This document shows, piece by piece, positions 35,210-45,572 of a DNA stretch of 64,000 nt. Below the pieces are notes generated by a model, which saw only the letters and a program-made list of their open reading frames with translations, made no database searches and was not told where the DNA came from. How positions within the stretch are numbered: the first letter of the stretch is position 1; every line of letters starts with the position of its first letter. The position numbers and the translations under genes are program-made. Where the stretch lies: assembly GCA_963663765.2 (NCBI GenBank), contig CAXXUA010000003.1, positions 480,001-544,000 on the forward strand, written 5' to 3'. Origin of the DNA: Candidatus Poribacteria bacterium (GTDB taxonomy: Bacteria; Poribacteria; WGA-4E; WGA-3G).

Positions 35210-36562
35210 ATGCCAACAATTTTGGAACGGTATCAGAAAACCTTCGCAAAAGATAGAGAATTGGCACAAGCAGCAAACCAACTTTTCCCAGACGGTGTAA
35301 CCCACGATAGCCGTTATATGTCCCCGTTTCCGATTTATGTTACACGTGCTGATGGCTCGAGAAAATGGGGATTGGAAGATAAGACTTTCATTGACTATTG
35401 GGCAGGACACGGTGCATTGTTGCTTGGACATAATCCACCTGAGATCGTAGAAGCAGTGACAGCACAGATGCATCGCGGTACACATTACGGTGCATGTCAT
35501 CCGCTTGAATTGGAATGGGGTAATCTCATAAAACAACTTATTCCATCAGCGGTGCGCGTCAGATTTGTTAGTTCTGGTACTGAAGCAACGTTGATGGCGA
35601 TTCGTTTAGCACGTACATACACAGGCAAGAATAAGGTGTTAAAGTTTGCAGGCCATTTTCACGGTTGGCACGATAGCCTTATCTTTGGCGCATATCCACC
35701 TTTTGATATGTCTGTACCTGGTATACCACAAGAGGTACGCGATACAACTATCCTCTGTCCACCGAACGACATTGACTCTGTTGAAAAATATTTGAAAACG
35801 GACAAGGACATAGCTTGCGTAATACTTGAACCAACAGGTGCGTCTTTCGGTATTGTTCCCACAAATGGTATGTTTTTACAGCAACTTCGTGAACTCACAC
35901 AAAGGCACGGTGTTCTCCTCATATACGACGAAGTAATTACTGGATTTAGAGTTGCACCTGGCGGTGCACAAGCACATTATAATGTAACGCCTGATTTGAC
36001 AACACTTGCAAAAATCGTAGCAGGTGGACTTCCGGGAGGGGCGCTTGTTGGGAAAAAAGAAATCCTTGAGTTAATTTCAATGGATGCAGAAGAAGAAGGA
36101 CTGAAAATGCATCACCCGGGCACATTTAATGCAAATCCATTAACTGCATCCGCAGGTATCGCGATGCTTAACATTGTTAAAACAGGTAAACCACACAAAC
36201 AAGCAAATCGAATTGCACAAAAACTACGAATTGAACTGAATAACGTCATTGATTCCTACAGATTAGATTGGGTAATTTACGGTGAATTTTCAGGTATAAG
36301 ACTTCTTATCGGACACGGTGAGAAAGGTATGCGAGCTGTCGATTTTGACCCATACTCTTGGGATTACAGAAAACTCAAAGGTGGTAACGATGAAGTATTG
36401 TTGAGACATCTCCGATGTGGTTTGTTACTCAACGGTGTTGATCTCGCTACTAATGGTGGTATGACAACTGCGGCACACACAGAAGCGGATATATCAGAGA
36501 CTGTGCATGCGTTTGAGCAGACGATAGAATGGATGAAAGCAGATGGGTTAATTCTGAAATAA
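35210..36562 (+). CDS. Class III PLP aminotransferase (glutamate-1-semialdehyde aminomutase-like)
   Basis: SSGTEAT, YDEVITGFR, PDLTTLAKIVAGGLP, GTFNANP. Confidence 0.9.
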   Translation: MPTILERYQKTFAKDRELAQAANQLFPDGVTHDSRYMSPFPIYVTRADGSRKWGLEDKTFIDYWAGHGALLLGHNPPEIVEAVTAQMHRGTHYGACHPLELEWGNLIKQLIPSAVRVRFVSSGTEATLMAIRLARTYTGKNKVLKFAGHFHGWHDSLIFGAYPPFDMSVPGIPQEVRDTTILCPPNDIDSVEKYLKTDKDIACVILEPTGASFGIVPTNGMFLQQLRELTQRHGVLLIYDEVITGFRVAPGGAQAHYNVTPDLTTLAKIVAGGLPGGALVGKKEILELISMDAEEEGLKMHHPGTFNANPLTASAGIAMLNIVKTGKPHKQANRIAQKLRIELNNVIDSYRLDWVIYGEFSGIRLLIGHGEKGMRAVDFDPYSWDYRKLKGGNDEVLLRHLRCGLLLNGVDLATNGGMTTAAHTEADISETVHAFEQTIEWMKADGLILK

Positions 36563-36583
36563 AAATAGGTTGACTAATAGTGT

Positions 36584-37825
36584 ATGGATTACTACATCAG
36601 TCCATTCGGAAACGATTCAGACTCGGGTGTAGACCAAAAGCATCCGTGGTGTAGTATTGACAAACTGAATGCTACACTATTATCAGCAGGTGACTCAGTA
36701 TGGTTTCAAGCCAATCAGACTTACATAGGAAACCTGACTCTAACTGAAACAGAGAACTACACTTCGGACGAACAGATTACATTCGGGTCGTATGGTGATG
36801 GTAAGGCAACAATTGTAGCAAATACTGGACCAGGTTTTTTTGTTAAAAACAGAAGTGGTATCCGGATAGTTGACCTTAGCTTCTTAGGTGCAGGAACAGA
36901 GCAGAACAACAGTTCTGGTATCTGGTTTCTAAATACATTACCAGAAAATAAAAAACTATCTCATATTGATATAGATAACGTTGAGGTTAGCGGGTTTAGA
37001 CATGCAGGGATTTGTATTGCCGCGCAACCAATTGATCATGGTTGGTGTGGGTTCAGTGATGTGAAAATCACGAACACCAAGTCGTATGACAATGGTGATG
37101 CAGGAATAAGCTGTTTCGGATCATGGAATCCAAAAGTAATAGGATATTCACATGCAAACATCCATGTCAGTAATTGTCGCGTATACAATAACTACGGTAT
37201 TGTGGGTAAAGGAAGTCATTCTGGGAACGGTATAGTTCTTTCACAAGTTGACGGTGCAACGATTGAATATTGCGAAGCTTATGAAAACGGAAAGTTAAAT
37301 AATTACGAGGGTGGTGGTCCCGTGGGTATATGGACGTGGGACTCAAACCGTGTCCTTATTCAATTCAATGAATCGCATCACAACCGTACAGGTAGTAGCA
37401 AAGATGGTGGAGGATTTGATCTGGATGGAGGTGCGCGGAATTCTATTGTGCAGTATAACCACTCACACGACAATGAAGGTGCGGGTTACCTGTTAGCACA
37501 ATTTGAAGATGCAAAAGAGTTTCATAATAATGTATTACGTTATAATCTCAGTGAAAATGATGGACGAAAGAACAGTTACGGTGGTGTTCATCTCTGGTCT
37601 ACGGGTGCAAACGGTGGTATCAGGAACACAACTATCTATTGTAACACAATCTTAACATCTAAGTCTACCACTGGAGATCCTGCTGCAGTTGACTGTATAA
37701 GCAATGGAATCCACAATATACGTTTTTACAATAATACCTTTCGAACTGACGGTATTGAAGTTGTGATCCGTGGAGAAGATAATCCAGAAGTAACCTTTGT
37801 AAGCAACATTCACTTAACTGAGTAA
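36584..37825 (+). CDS. Right-handed parallel beta-helix protein
   Basis: YYISPFGNDSDSG..PW N-terminus; Asn ladders; DGGGFDLDGG..NSIVQYN. Confidence 0.82.
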   Translation: MDYYISPFGNDSDSGVDQKHPWCSIDKLNATLLSAGDSVWFQANQTYIGNLTLTETENYTSDEQITFGSYGDGKATIVANTGPGFFVKNRSGIRIVDLSFLGAGTEQNNSSGIWFLNTLPENKKLSHIDIDNVEVSGFRHAGICIAAQPIDHGWCGFSDVKITNTKSYDNGDAGISCFGSWNPKVIGYSHANIHVSNCRVYNNYGIVGKGSHSGNGIVLSQVDGATIEYCEAYENGKLNNYEGGGPVGIWTWDSNRVLIQFNESHHNRTGSSKDGGGFDLDGGARNSIVQYNHSHDNEGAGYLLAQFEDAKEFHNNVLRYNLSENDGRKNSYGGVHLWSTGANGGIRNTTIYCNTILTSKSTTGDPAAVDCISNGIHNIRFYNNTFRTDGIEVVIRGEDNPEVTFVSNIHLTE

Positions 37826-37879
37826 TTTGAACATTTTTTTCACTTTGAAAAAGAAGGATTCTTGATAGAAGGAGCAAAA

Positions 37880-39484
37880 ATGAGGCGTTTTGGAACTCAA
37901 GGACGCGTGTATCCAGACCGACACTATGTTGTCCCACGCACCGAAGAAATTGCTGATTTCAACATCCGTGTAAAAGAGGGACGGTATATCGTTCTCTTTG
38001 CACCACGCCAGACAGGAAAAACAACCTTTTTCCGAATGGCAATTGATAGCCTTATCACAGAAGATCCGACCTATTTCCCTATTCAGTTAGATTTCCAAGC
38101 GATGGTCAATGGTTCATCTCCTGTTTTTTATGACAGACTCTCTCAAATAATTCTCAGGAATATTGAGTTTGTCTTGCAAAAATTTGAAATGAATCCAAGC
38201 GAAGACTTGATACAATTCTTGGAAAATACACACTTAAGCGATCATTTCTCAATGTTAGCATTCTTTGAAAAGTTAGAAATACTACTTGACAGTAGGAAGG
38301 TCGTGTTACTTATTGATGAATTTGATGGCATTCCCCAAGATGTTGTGAGTGGTTTTTTGTATACCCTCCGCCAAATTTATCTTTCCGATGAACTTCAATG
38401 TCCACACAGTGTTGGGATTGTCGGTGTTAAAAGTATCAGTCAACTCAACTATGACCGATCTGTTTCACCGTTCAATATTCAAGACGAGTTCCAATTACCA
38501 AACTTTACTTTACAACAAGTGCAAGACCTATTACAGCAATATACAGAGGAGGTCGGTCAAGAATTCGCACCAGATGTCATCCAGACTCTCCACACACAAA
38601 CAGGCGGTCAACCATTCTTGGTTAATCGCATTGCACAAATTCTCACTGAAGAGTTTAACATATCTAAGACTGAGACAGTCAAAATGTCACATTTTGCTGT
38701 AGCACACGCATTATTACTTGATGAACGCAATACTAATATTGAACATCTACTTACTAATATCCGTAGAAATCGGCGATTTGAAACAATCCTCATGCAAATT
38801 GCATCTTATGAAAAGGGTTTACCTTTCAATCTTAATGATGATATTATCAACGAGTTAGCGATGTATGGTGTCATTGCCAGAAGTTCTGATGGCATGTGCG
38901 AAATAGTAAATCCGATATATCAGCATCACATTCTACGTGCATTCAAACCTTTGTTAAATGGATTGGAATCGCAATATCTCCCTGAAGATACCGGTGAAGA
39001 CTTTATTGATTATCTTACATCTATCGGATTAATTGATATGGTGACTTTACTTGATAATTTCCGTGATTTTATTAGTCGTGTAGGATTCCGTATCTTACAA
39101 GTTCCTGATACGCCACAGGAATTTGTTGGACAACATCTGCTTTATGCTTACCTTGATCAGTTCATTCGTAGCATTGGAGGTAGTATGTACCTTGAGGTGC
39201 AAACAGGACGCGGTAGAATGGATCTTCTCCTCATTCACAATCAGCGAAAATACATCGTTGAAACTAAAATTTGGGAAGGAAACAGCCGTTTTGCAAATGG
39301 TAAAAAACAACTTGCTGCTTATGCGAAATTGGAAGGTACAAAACAAGCTTATTATGTAGTATTTGATCATCGCCAGAAGTCAGAACCGTTGATAGAAACT
39401 GATAATTTAGACGGTGTGACGATAAGAAGTTATGTCATTCCTGTTATGCAAACACGACCTACATCAGAACAGATTGAGAACTAA
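37880..39484 (+). CDS. AAA-like ATPase with C-terminal PD-(D/E)XK nuclease
   Basis: APRQTGKTT Walker A, LLIDEFD Walker B, TGGQP, GRMDL..IVETK nuclease motif. Confidence 0.85.
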   Translation: MRRFGTQGRVYPDRHYVVPRTEEIADFNIRVKEGRYIVLFAPRQTGKTTFFRMAIDSLITEDPTYFPIQLDFQAMVNGSSPVFYDRLSQIILRNIEFVLQKFEMNPSEDLIQFLENTHLSDHFSMLAFFEKLEILLDSRKVVLLIDEFDGIPQDVVSGFLYTLRQIYLSDELQCPHSVGIVGVKSISQLNYDRSVSPFNIQDEFQLPNFTLQQVQDLLQQYTEEVGQEFAPDVIQTLHTQTGGQPFLVNRIAQILTEEFNISKTETVKMSHFAVAHALLLDERNTNIEHLLTNIRRNRRFETILMQIASYEKGLPFNLNDDIINELAMYGVIARSSDGMCEIVNPIYQHHILRAFKPLLNGLESQYLPEDTGEDFIDYLTSIGLIDMVTLLDNFRDFISRVGFRILQVPDTPQEFVGQHLLYAYLDQFIRSIGGSMYLEVQTGRGRMDLLLIHNQRKYIVETKIWEGNSRFANGKKQLAAYAKLEGTKQAYYVVFDHRQKSEPLIETDNLDGVTIRSYVIPVMQTRPTSEQIEN

Positions 39485-39544
39485 GATAGAATGTACCTAC
39501 AATCTTGAAACTATGATAACGAATTCTGAAAGGATCAGATTTAA

Positions 39545-40528
39545 ATGAAAACAATTACATATCGTGATGCGCTCAAAGAGGCACTGATAGAGGAGATGGA
39601 GCGTGACGAGACCGTATTTCTTATGGGAGAAGATATAGCAGAATACGGCGGTGCGTACAAGGTCACGGATGGACTTTATAAGCAGTTTGGAAAAGAACGT
39701 ATCCGCAACACCCCGATTTCTGAAGCGGCCATCATCGGCACAGCACTCGGTGCTGCAGTCACAGGAATGCGTCCAGTTGCAGAACTGATGTATATTGATT
39801 TTACGGCAGTCGGTATGGACCAAATTGTTAACCAAGTCGCAAAAATACGATATATGGTAGGTGGACAGTTAGATGTACCACTTGTCATACGTACACAAGG
39901 TGGTGCAGGACGTTCATCCGCTGCACAGCACGCACAAAGCCTTGAAGCTTGGTTTGTGCATATTCCAGGACTACTCGTTGTGATGCCAGCTACTCCTTAT
40001 GATGCCAAAGGATTGCTAAAAACAGCTATCCGAAACGACAACCCAATAATGTTTATTGAACATAAATTGCTTTATACCGAAGAAGGTGAGATTCCTGATG
40101 AGGAGTACACGATCCCATTGGGTGAAGCAGATATTAAACGTGAAGGTCAAGACATAACAATTTTAGCCACATCCCGCATGGTTTTGAAAGCAATTGCTGC
40201 TGCAGATGAACTCGCTGAAGAAGGTATTTCAGCAGAGATCATTGATCCAAGAACTTTGATGCCACTTGACAAAGAGACCATTATTGACTCTGTCAAGAAA
40301 ACAAATCGCTTGTTAGTCGCACATGAAGCTGTGGGTAGAGCAGGATTCGGTGCTGAGATTGCAGCGCTTGTAGTACGCGAAGCATTTGATTATCTTGATG
40401 CACCCATTGAACGTGTTACCGCTGCACCTGTCCCTGTTCCTTTTGCACCTGTGATGGAAAACTTTGTAATACCAGATACTCCACAAATTGTTGAAGCCGC
40501 CAGAAAGTTAGTCAGATACGAAATATAA
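39545..40528 (+). CDS. 2-oxoacid/acetoin dehydrogenase E1 beta subunit
   Basis: GEDIAEYGG, TPISEAAIIG, GMRPVAE, QHAQSLE, FIEHKLLY. Confidence 0.94.
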   Translation: MKTITYRDALKEALIEEMERDETVFLMGEDIAEYGGAYKVTDGLYKQFGKERIRNTPISEAAIIGTALGAAVTGMRPVAELMYIDFTAVGMDQIVNQVAKIRYMVGGQLDVPLVIRTQGGAGRSSAAQHAQSLEAWFVHIPGLLVVMPATPYDAKGLLKTAIRNDNPIMFIEHKLLYTEEGEIPDEEYTIPLGEADIKREGQDITILATSRMVLKAIAAADELAEEGISAEIIDPRTLMPLDKETIIDSVKKTNRLLVAHEAVGRAGFGAEIAALVVREAFDYLDAPIERVTAAPVPVPFAPVMENFVIPDTPQIVEAARKLVRYEI

Positions 40529-40561
40529 TAAACGCAATGAAAACAAAAAGGAGAAAATGAT

Positions 40562-41509
40562 ATGGAACTTAACCCATACATCCACCTTGTTACACCTAAA
40601 CGAATTTTACTGATTTTACTTGGTATCGCAGTCTTAGTAAGCTTAGCAACAAGTTTTTATACTGTTGAAGCTGACGAAATCGCTGTTGTCCTCATGTTCG
40701 GTAAAATTGTACGACAAACCGAACCCGGACTGCATTTCAAGTTACCTTATGGAATAGAAAACGCTATTAGTGTACCAGTCCAAAAAGTATTCAAAGAAGA
40801 ATTTGGATTTAGAACACTCAAAGCTGCAGTACGCACACAATATGATACACGAGATTATTCAGAAGAATCCTTGCTATTGTCAGGTGATCTCAGCATCGCT
40901 GACGTTGAATGGGTCATACAATACAAAATAAAGGAACCCCAAAAGTATCTGTTTTCCGTAAGAAACCCAGAACGTACTTTGCGTGACATATCAGAATCTG
41001 TCATGAGTTGGGTCATCGGTGACCACACTGTTACAGAAGTATTGACCATTGGACGTATAGAAATTGCAGGAAAGGTTGAACAACATCTACAGACACTACT
41101 GGATTTATATGAAACAGGTTTGGATGTAACTACAGTGACCTTACAGGATGTGAATCCACCTGAAAAGGTGAAATCTGCATTTAACGCAGTTAACGAAGCA
41201 AAGCAGGAAAAAGAACGTCTTATTAACGAAGCCTGGAGAGATTACAACCAATCTGTCCCAAAATCCAAAGGTTTAGCACAACAACAAATTTCAGAAGCCG
41301 AAGGTTATGCACTGAAGCGAGTGAACCAAGCTCAAGGTGATGCTGATAAATTCAATGCGATCCGCTCAGAATACCAAAAGGCAAAAGAAGTAACACGACA
41401 ACGACTCTATCTGGAAGCAATGCAGGAAGTCTTACCAAAGCTTAAGGAAATCTATATCATCGATGAAAAAGCCAATACACCAATACCAATCTTGCAGCTT
41501 AAAGAATAA
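40562..41509 (+). CDS. hflK: FtsH protease modulator HflK
   Basis: SPFH domain; PGLHFKLPY, VTRQRLYLEAM; followed by hflC. Confidence 0.92.
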   Translation: MELNPYIHLVTPKRILLILLGIAVLVSLATSFYTVEADEIAVVLMFGKIVRQTEPGLHFKLPYGIENAISVPVQKVFKEEFGFRTLKAAVRTQYDTRDYSEESLLLSGDLSIADVEWVIQYKIKEPQKYLFSVRNPERTLRDISESVMSWVIGDHTVTEVLTIGRIEIAGKVEQHLQTLLDLYETGLDVTTVTLQDVNPPEKVKSAFNAVNEAKQEKERLINEAWRDYNQSVPKSKGLAQQQISEAEGYALKRVNQAQGDADKFNAIRSEYQKAKEVTRQRLYLEAMQEVLPKLKEIYIIDEKANTPIPILQLKE

Positions 41510-41538
41510 ATAACAACAACTACAAAAGGAGTTACATT

Positions 41539-42492
41539 ATGAAATTCAAGATACTGATACCATTGATTATCGTAGCTATTATAGTGATTATATTTGCTTC
41601 AGGTGCATTCTATATTGTAATAGAAGGTGAACAAGTTGTCATTACTGAATTTGGACGTCCCGTAGGCGAACCCATTGTAGATGCAGGTTTAAAGATTAAG
41701 ACTCCATTTATTCAACAAGTACATCGCTTTGAGAAACGTATCATGGAGTGGGATGGTTCCCCAAATCAGATACCAACCAAAGATAAGAGATTCATCTGGC
41801 TTGATACGACTGCACGATGGCGGATAAAAGATACTCTCGTTTTCTATCAAGCAATCGGAACAGAAGTACTAGCACAATCACGACTTGATGATATTATTGA
41901 TTCCGCTGCGCGGGATTTAATTACTGCACATAAGTTAATTGAAGTTGTGCGAAATTCAAACAGAGTGTTAGAACTTGATGCAGAAATGCTTGGTGAAGAG
42001 GAAGGTCAAACCAAAGAACAGTTAGAAGAAATACAGATTGGTAGAGAAGAAATTACACAGAAGATCCTTGAAAAAGCACGAGTAGCCGTACCGCGATTCG
42101 GCATTGAACTTGTTGATGTACGCATTAAACGAATCAACTATGTAGACGAAGTACGACAGAAAGTTTTTGACCAAATGATTTCCGAACGTCAACGAATCTC
42201 TGAGAAATACAAGTCGGAAGGAGAGGGTGAAGCCGCAAACATCAGCGGACAAAAACAGAAAGAACTGGAACGTATACAATCTGAAGCATATAAGAAAGCG
42301 GAACAGATTAAAGGGGATGCTGATGCACAAGCCATCCAGATATATGCAGACGCACACGGAAAGGACCCTGAATTTTTCGCTTTCATTCAAACTTTAGAAA
42401 CTTATCGCAAATCAACAAACGAAAGTACGAAACTGATTTTGACAACGGACAGTGAAATCTATAAGTATCTTAAAAATAGTCAAGAAAAATAG
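41539..42492 (+). CDS. hflC: FtsH protease modulator HflC
   Basis: EFGRPV, IPTKDKR, FGIELVDVRIKRI, DPEFFAFIQTLETY. Confidence 0.93.
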   Translation: MKFKILIPLIIVAIIVIIFASGAFYIVIEGEQVVITEFGRPVGEPIVDAGLKIKTPFIQQVHRFEKRIMEWDGSPNQIPTKDKRFIWLDTTARWRIKDTLVFYQAIGTEVLAQSRLDDIIDSAARDLITAHKLIEVVRNSNRVLELDAEMLGEEEGQTKEQLEEIQIGREEITQKILEKARVAVPRFGIELVDVRIKRINYVDEVRQKVFDQMISERQRISEKYKSEGEGEAANISGQKQKELERIQSEAYKKAEQIKGDADAQAIQIYADAHGKDPEFFAFIQTLETYRKSTNESTKLILTTDSEIYKYLKNSQEK

Positions 42493-42517
42493 CGTTAATT
42501 GCCGTTGGATAGGATTT

Positions 42518-42654
42518 TATAGTGGATTTTAGAATTATTCTTACACTTTCAGGTGTAGGAGGGAACTCCGATTCCCGACTATCAAGGCGTTCAGTTGTGA
42601 TTCGGAGATCGCTTCTACAGAAAACGTGTAAACTTAATTGTATATTTCACTATA
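42518..42654. mobile_element. TA-bounded MITE (reverse copy of 18420-18558)
   Basis: Sequence similarity and TATAG/CTATA ends. Confidence 0.82.
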
Positions 42655-42811
42655 ATTGAGGGTGTTCGTTAATAACGTAGATTAAAATCAGAACTTAACT
42701 TGTGATTATTTTGGCTTAAGATTTAGTCATTTTTGTGGTATAGTAATATGTGAGTGGAAATACTAAGATTCACCGTTTGGTTGCCACCTTAAAAAGTGAA
42801 TATCTGAATAA

Positions 42812-43393
42812 ATGGCAAAAGAAGAGAGTGGAAACGCGAGAGAAATCATAAAGAAGTGGATGCCTATAGGAATATGGATTGTAGCAGTAATGATTGTTCC
42901 ATATTGGCTATGGATAGACGAAAAGAAATCTTTACAATCCACACTGATAAATATTAGTGCTTTAGTTCCGCTCTTCCTACTATTATCAACACTTTTCATA
43001 GAATTGGGAGGATTTGTAATGTCTGGGATTATGATGGCGGAAAGGCTCTGGCAAGAAAGAAAAGAAAGAATCCAGAAAGAGAAAATAGCTGCAGCTATGT
43101 CACCAATTGCATGGCGAGTCGCAACGCGCTTTATGGATGAGTATGAAACTGAGCTTGGAGACAAATCAGATTCCGATTTGTTAGAAATGGTAAAGGCGTT
43201 TGGTGCTGACAAAGCTCTTGATATTGCAGCTGAAGAAGCTCGCAAAGATATTTTGGAATTTGTCAACAGTATTAATCATGATAGACGCGCTAACCGAATA
43301 GCCGTTAAAATTTCTGATCTGATGGTAAATGATGATTTCGCAAATTATGTTATTTCTTTGGTAAAAGAAAACCAAGATATGCATATTGAGTGA
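42812..43393 (+). CDS. Hypothetical membrane protein (2 TM plus charged helical tail)
   Basis: 193-aa ORF with two hydrophobic segments; no family recognised. Confidence 0.65.
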   Translation: MAKEESGNAREIIKKWMPIGIWIVAVMIVPYWLWIDEKKSLQSTLINISALVPLFLLLSTLFIELGGFVMSGIMMAERLWQERKERIQKEKIAAAMSPIAWRVATRFMDEYETELGDKSDSDLLEMVKAFGADKALDIAAEEARKDILEFVNSINHDRRANRIAVKISDLMVNDDFANYVISLVKENQDMHIE

Positions 43394-43463
43394 AAACGCT
43401 GGATATGTATTCCTTCGCGGTGAAATCAATCCTGTTTACTAAAACTGGAAGAGGTAAATTACA

Positions 43464-44942
43464 ATGAAATGCAGCATGATAAAATACCTACTTCTTATAT
43501 TCGCTGGCATTCTCGCGCTAATGCCAAACACATACGCAGCAGATACGCCAACTGTCCCCGCATTTCCCGGCGCAGAAGGATATGGCGCAATCACTATCGG
43601 CGGTAGAGGTGGAAAAGTGATCCTTGTGACAAATCTGACCGACTCCGGTCCAGGCAGCTTGCGAGAAGCTGTAGAAACTGAAGGACCACGGATAGTCGTA
43701 TTCACAGTTTCAGGTACTATCACCCTTGAAAGCACATTGAGAATCTCAAATCCCTATATTACCATCGCCGGACAGACAGCCCCGGGAGATGGTATCTGCC
43801 TTAGGAGATATCCCCTCTCAATAAATGCCAGCGATGTAATTATCAGGTATATACGTGTCAGATTGGGAGATGAAACAGGTAATGATTCAGATGCCATATC
43901 AAGCAGGTATCACAAAAACATTATCCTTGACCATGTATCGGCAAGCTGGAGTATTGATGAGACAGTATCTATCTACTATTGCGAAAATGTAACCATTCAA
44001 TGGTGTCTCATCTCCGAAAGTCTGTACAATGCTGGACACGCAAAAGGAGCACATGGGTATGGCGGAATATGGGGTTCAAACCATAGCACATACCATCATA
44101 ACTTGTTAGCACACCATAGCAGTCGTAATCCACGTTTTGCTTCAGGTTGTGGCAATAACGATTTTAGAAATAATGTGATATACAACTGGGGTTACAACAG
44201 TGTCTACGGTGGCGAAAAACAACACACAGACGATGAGAAATATAACTTTACCGTTGTCAACATGGTAGCAAACTATTTTAAGCCGGGTCCCGCAACCCGT
44301 CCGGGTGAGGTGACACACCGAATTGTAAACCCATCAACAAGCGGCTCGGACAGCGGGTTTGGTAAGTGGTATGTGGAAAAAAACTTTGTATATGGTAACC
44401 ACAGAGTTACTGTCAAAAACTGGTTCGCTGGGGTGCATCCAGCGGGTAGTAGTCCTTATGGTCCACATGCACTAAGAATTCATAGCCCCTTTGACGCTAT
44501 ACCTATTAACCAACAAACTGCTGAAGAAGCATACCATGCTGTTCTTGAACGTGTCGGTGCTTCATTACCTAAACGGGATTCAATTGACTCACGAATTGTT
44601 GACGAAACCCGTAACGGTTATGCAACCTATGAAGGAAAAACATACAAAGAAAAAGCACGCATACCCGATAAATCTAAAAAATGTGGTATAATTGACTCAC
44701 AGGAAGATGTTGGTGGTTGGCCCGAACTCAAGAGTCTACCTGCTCCTTCGGATGGTGATAACGATGGAATGCCAGATGAATGGGAAATCCGATATGGGTT
44801 AGATTCTAGTGATGCTTCTGATACTGCTAAGGATAAAGACAACGACGGATACACCAACATAGAAGAATACCTAAACGGCACTGATCCAACAGATTTTGTG
44901 GACTATACCAAACCTGAGAATAACGTAAACACGTTAAAGTAA
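43464..44942 (+). CDS. Pectate lyase (PL1-like) with C-terminal DxDxDG Ca-binding repeats
   Basis: AFPGAEGYG..GGRGG, GPGSLREA, TIAGQTAPG, LDHVSASWSIDE, DGDNDGMPDEWE, DNDGYTNIEEYLN. Confidence 0.92.
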   Translation: MKCSMIKYLLLIFAGILALMPNTYAADTPTVPAFPGAEGYGAITIGGRGGKVILVTNLTDSGPGSLREAVETEGPRIVVFTVSGTITLESTLRISNPYITIAGQTAPGDGICLRRYPLSINASDVIIRYIRVRLGDETGNDSDAISSRYHKNIILDHVSASWSIDETVSIYYCENVTIQWCLISESLYNAGHAKGAHGYGGIWGSNHSTYHHNLLAHHSSRNPRFASGCGNNDFRNNVIYNWGYNSVYGGEKQHTDDEKYNFTVVNMVANYFKPGPATRPGEVTHRIVNPSTSGSDSGFGKWYVEKNFVYGNHRVTVKNWFAGVHPAGSSPYGPHALRIHSPFDAIPINQQTAEEAYHAVLERVGASLPKRDSIDSRIVDETRNGYATYEGKTYKEKARIPDKSKKCGIIDSQEDVGGWPELKSLPAPSDGDNDGMPDEWEIRYGLDSSDASDTAKDKDNDGYTNIEEYLNGTDPTDFVDYTKPENNVNTLK

Positions 44943-44948
44943 TCTTTT

Positions 44949-45572
44949 CTAAAACTTCCACTGCAACAACGTCACTCGATTATGCCAAACAAGCACTCCC
45001 ATCGTAGTACCGATTGCTGCACCTGCTAATACATCAGAAGTATAATGCCGACCCAGATAGATACGAGAAAAACCTACTAATCCTGCACCAAGATACAATG
45101 GAATCCGCCACTTCGGATACCGATAACCTAAAATAGTAGCCGCACTAAACGCAATAGTCGCGTGTCCTGATGGCAGAGACGGATTCCCAAGTGTTTCATC
45201 AAGTGGTCGCTTCCTGCGTATCAACTGCTTTAGACCATACGTCATTGCTCCAGCCCCAATATATGCCGAAGACAGCAACCGTCCTGTCTCCTGATGATCC
45301 TCATCCCCGTACGCCATAAGCAAAATAGACAATCCCATAATTGAACGATAATGTCCAGCTTCAGAGATACCATCCATTATCGTCCACATAGGTTCGTTAG
45401 ACGGAGGTGTATCGTAGAAACGGTCAAAGAGTTGCTGATCCCATTGCGCTAAGACATTCTCAGCATTTGCATCTAATCCAAATACAAACCCATAGAATAA
45501 CAGTAAAAATAACTGAAAATGCTTCAATTCTGATTTTCCTTTATGTTGGTTTGCTTGATTCAGTTCTACCAA
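44949..45572 (-). CDS. PAP2-family phosphatase
   Basis: KxxxxRxRP, PSGH, SRIYLGRHYTSD. Confidence 0.9.
   Translation of the reverse strand: MVELNQANQHKGKSELKHFQLFLLLFYGFVFGLDANAENVLAQWDQQLFDRFYDTPPSNEPMWTIMDGISEAGHYRSIMGLSILLMAYGDEDHQETGRLLSSAYIGAGAMTYGLKQLIRRKRPLDETLGNPSLPSGHATIAFSAATILGYRYPKWRIPLYLGAGLVGFSRIYLGRHYTSDVLAGAAIGTTMGVLVWHNRVTLLQWKF

Noticed and set aside
35210-36562. Calling this gene hemL
   Set aside because: It lacks the typical PGGVNSPVR N-terminal motif (has PDGVTHDSR); only the family assignment is safe.
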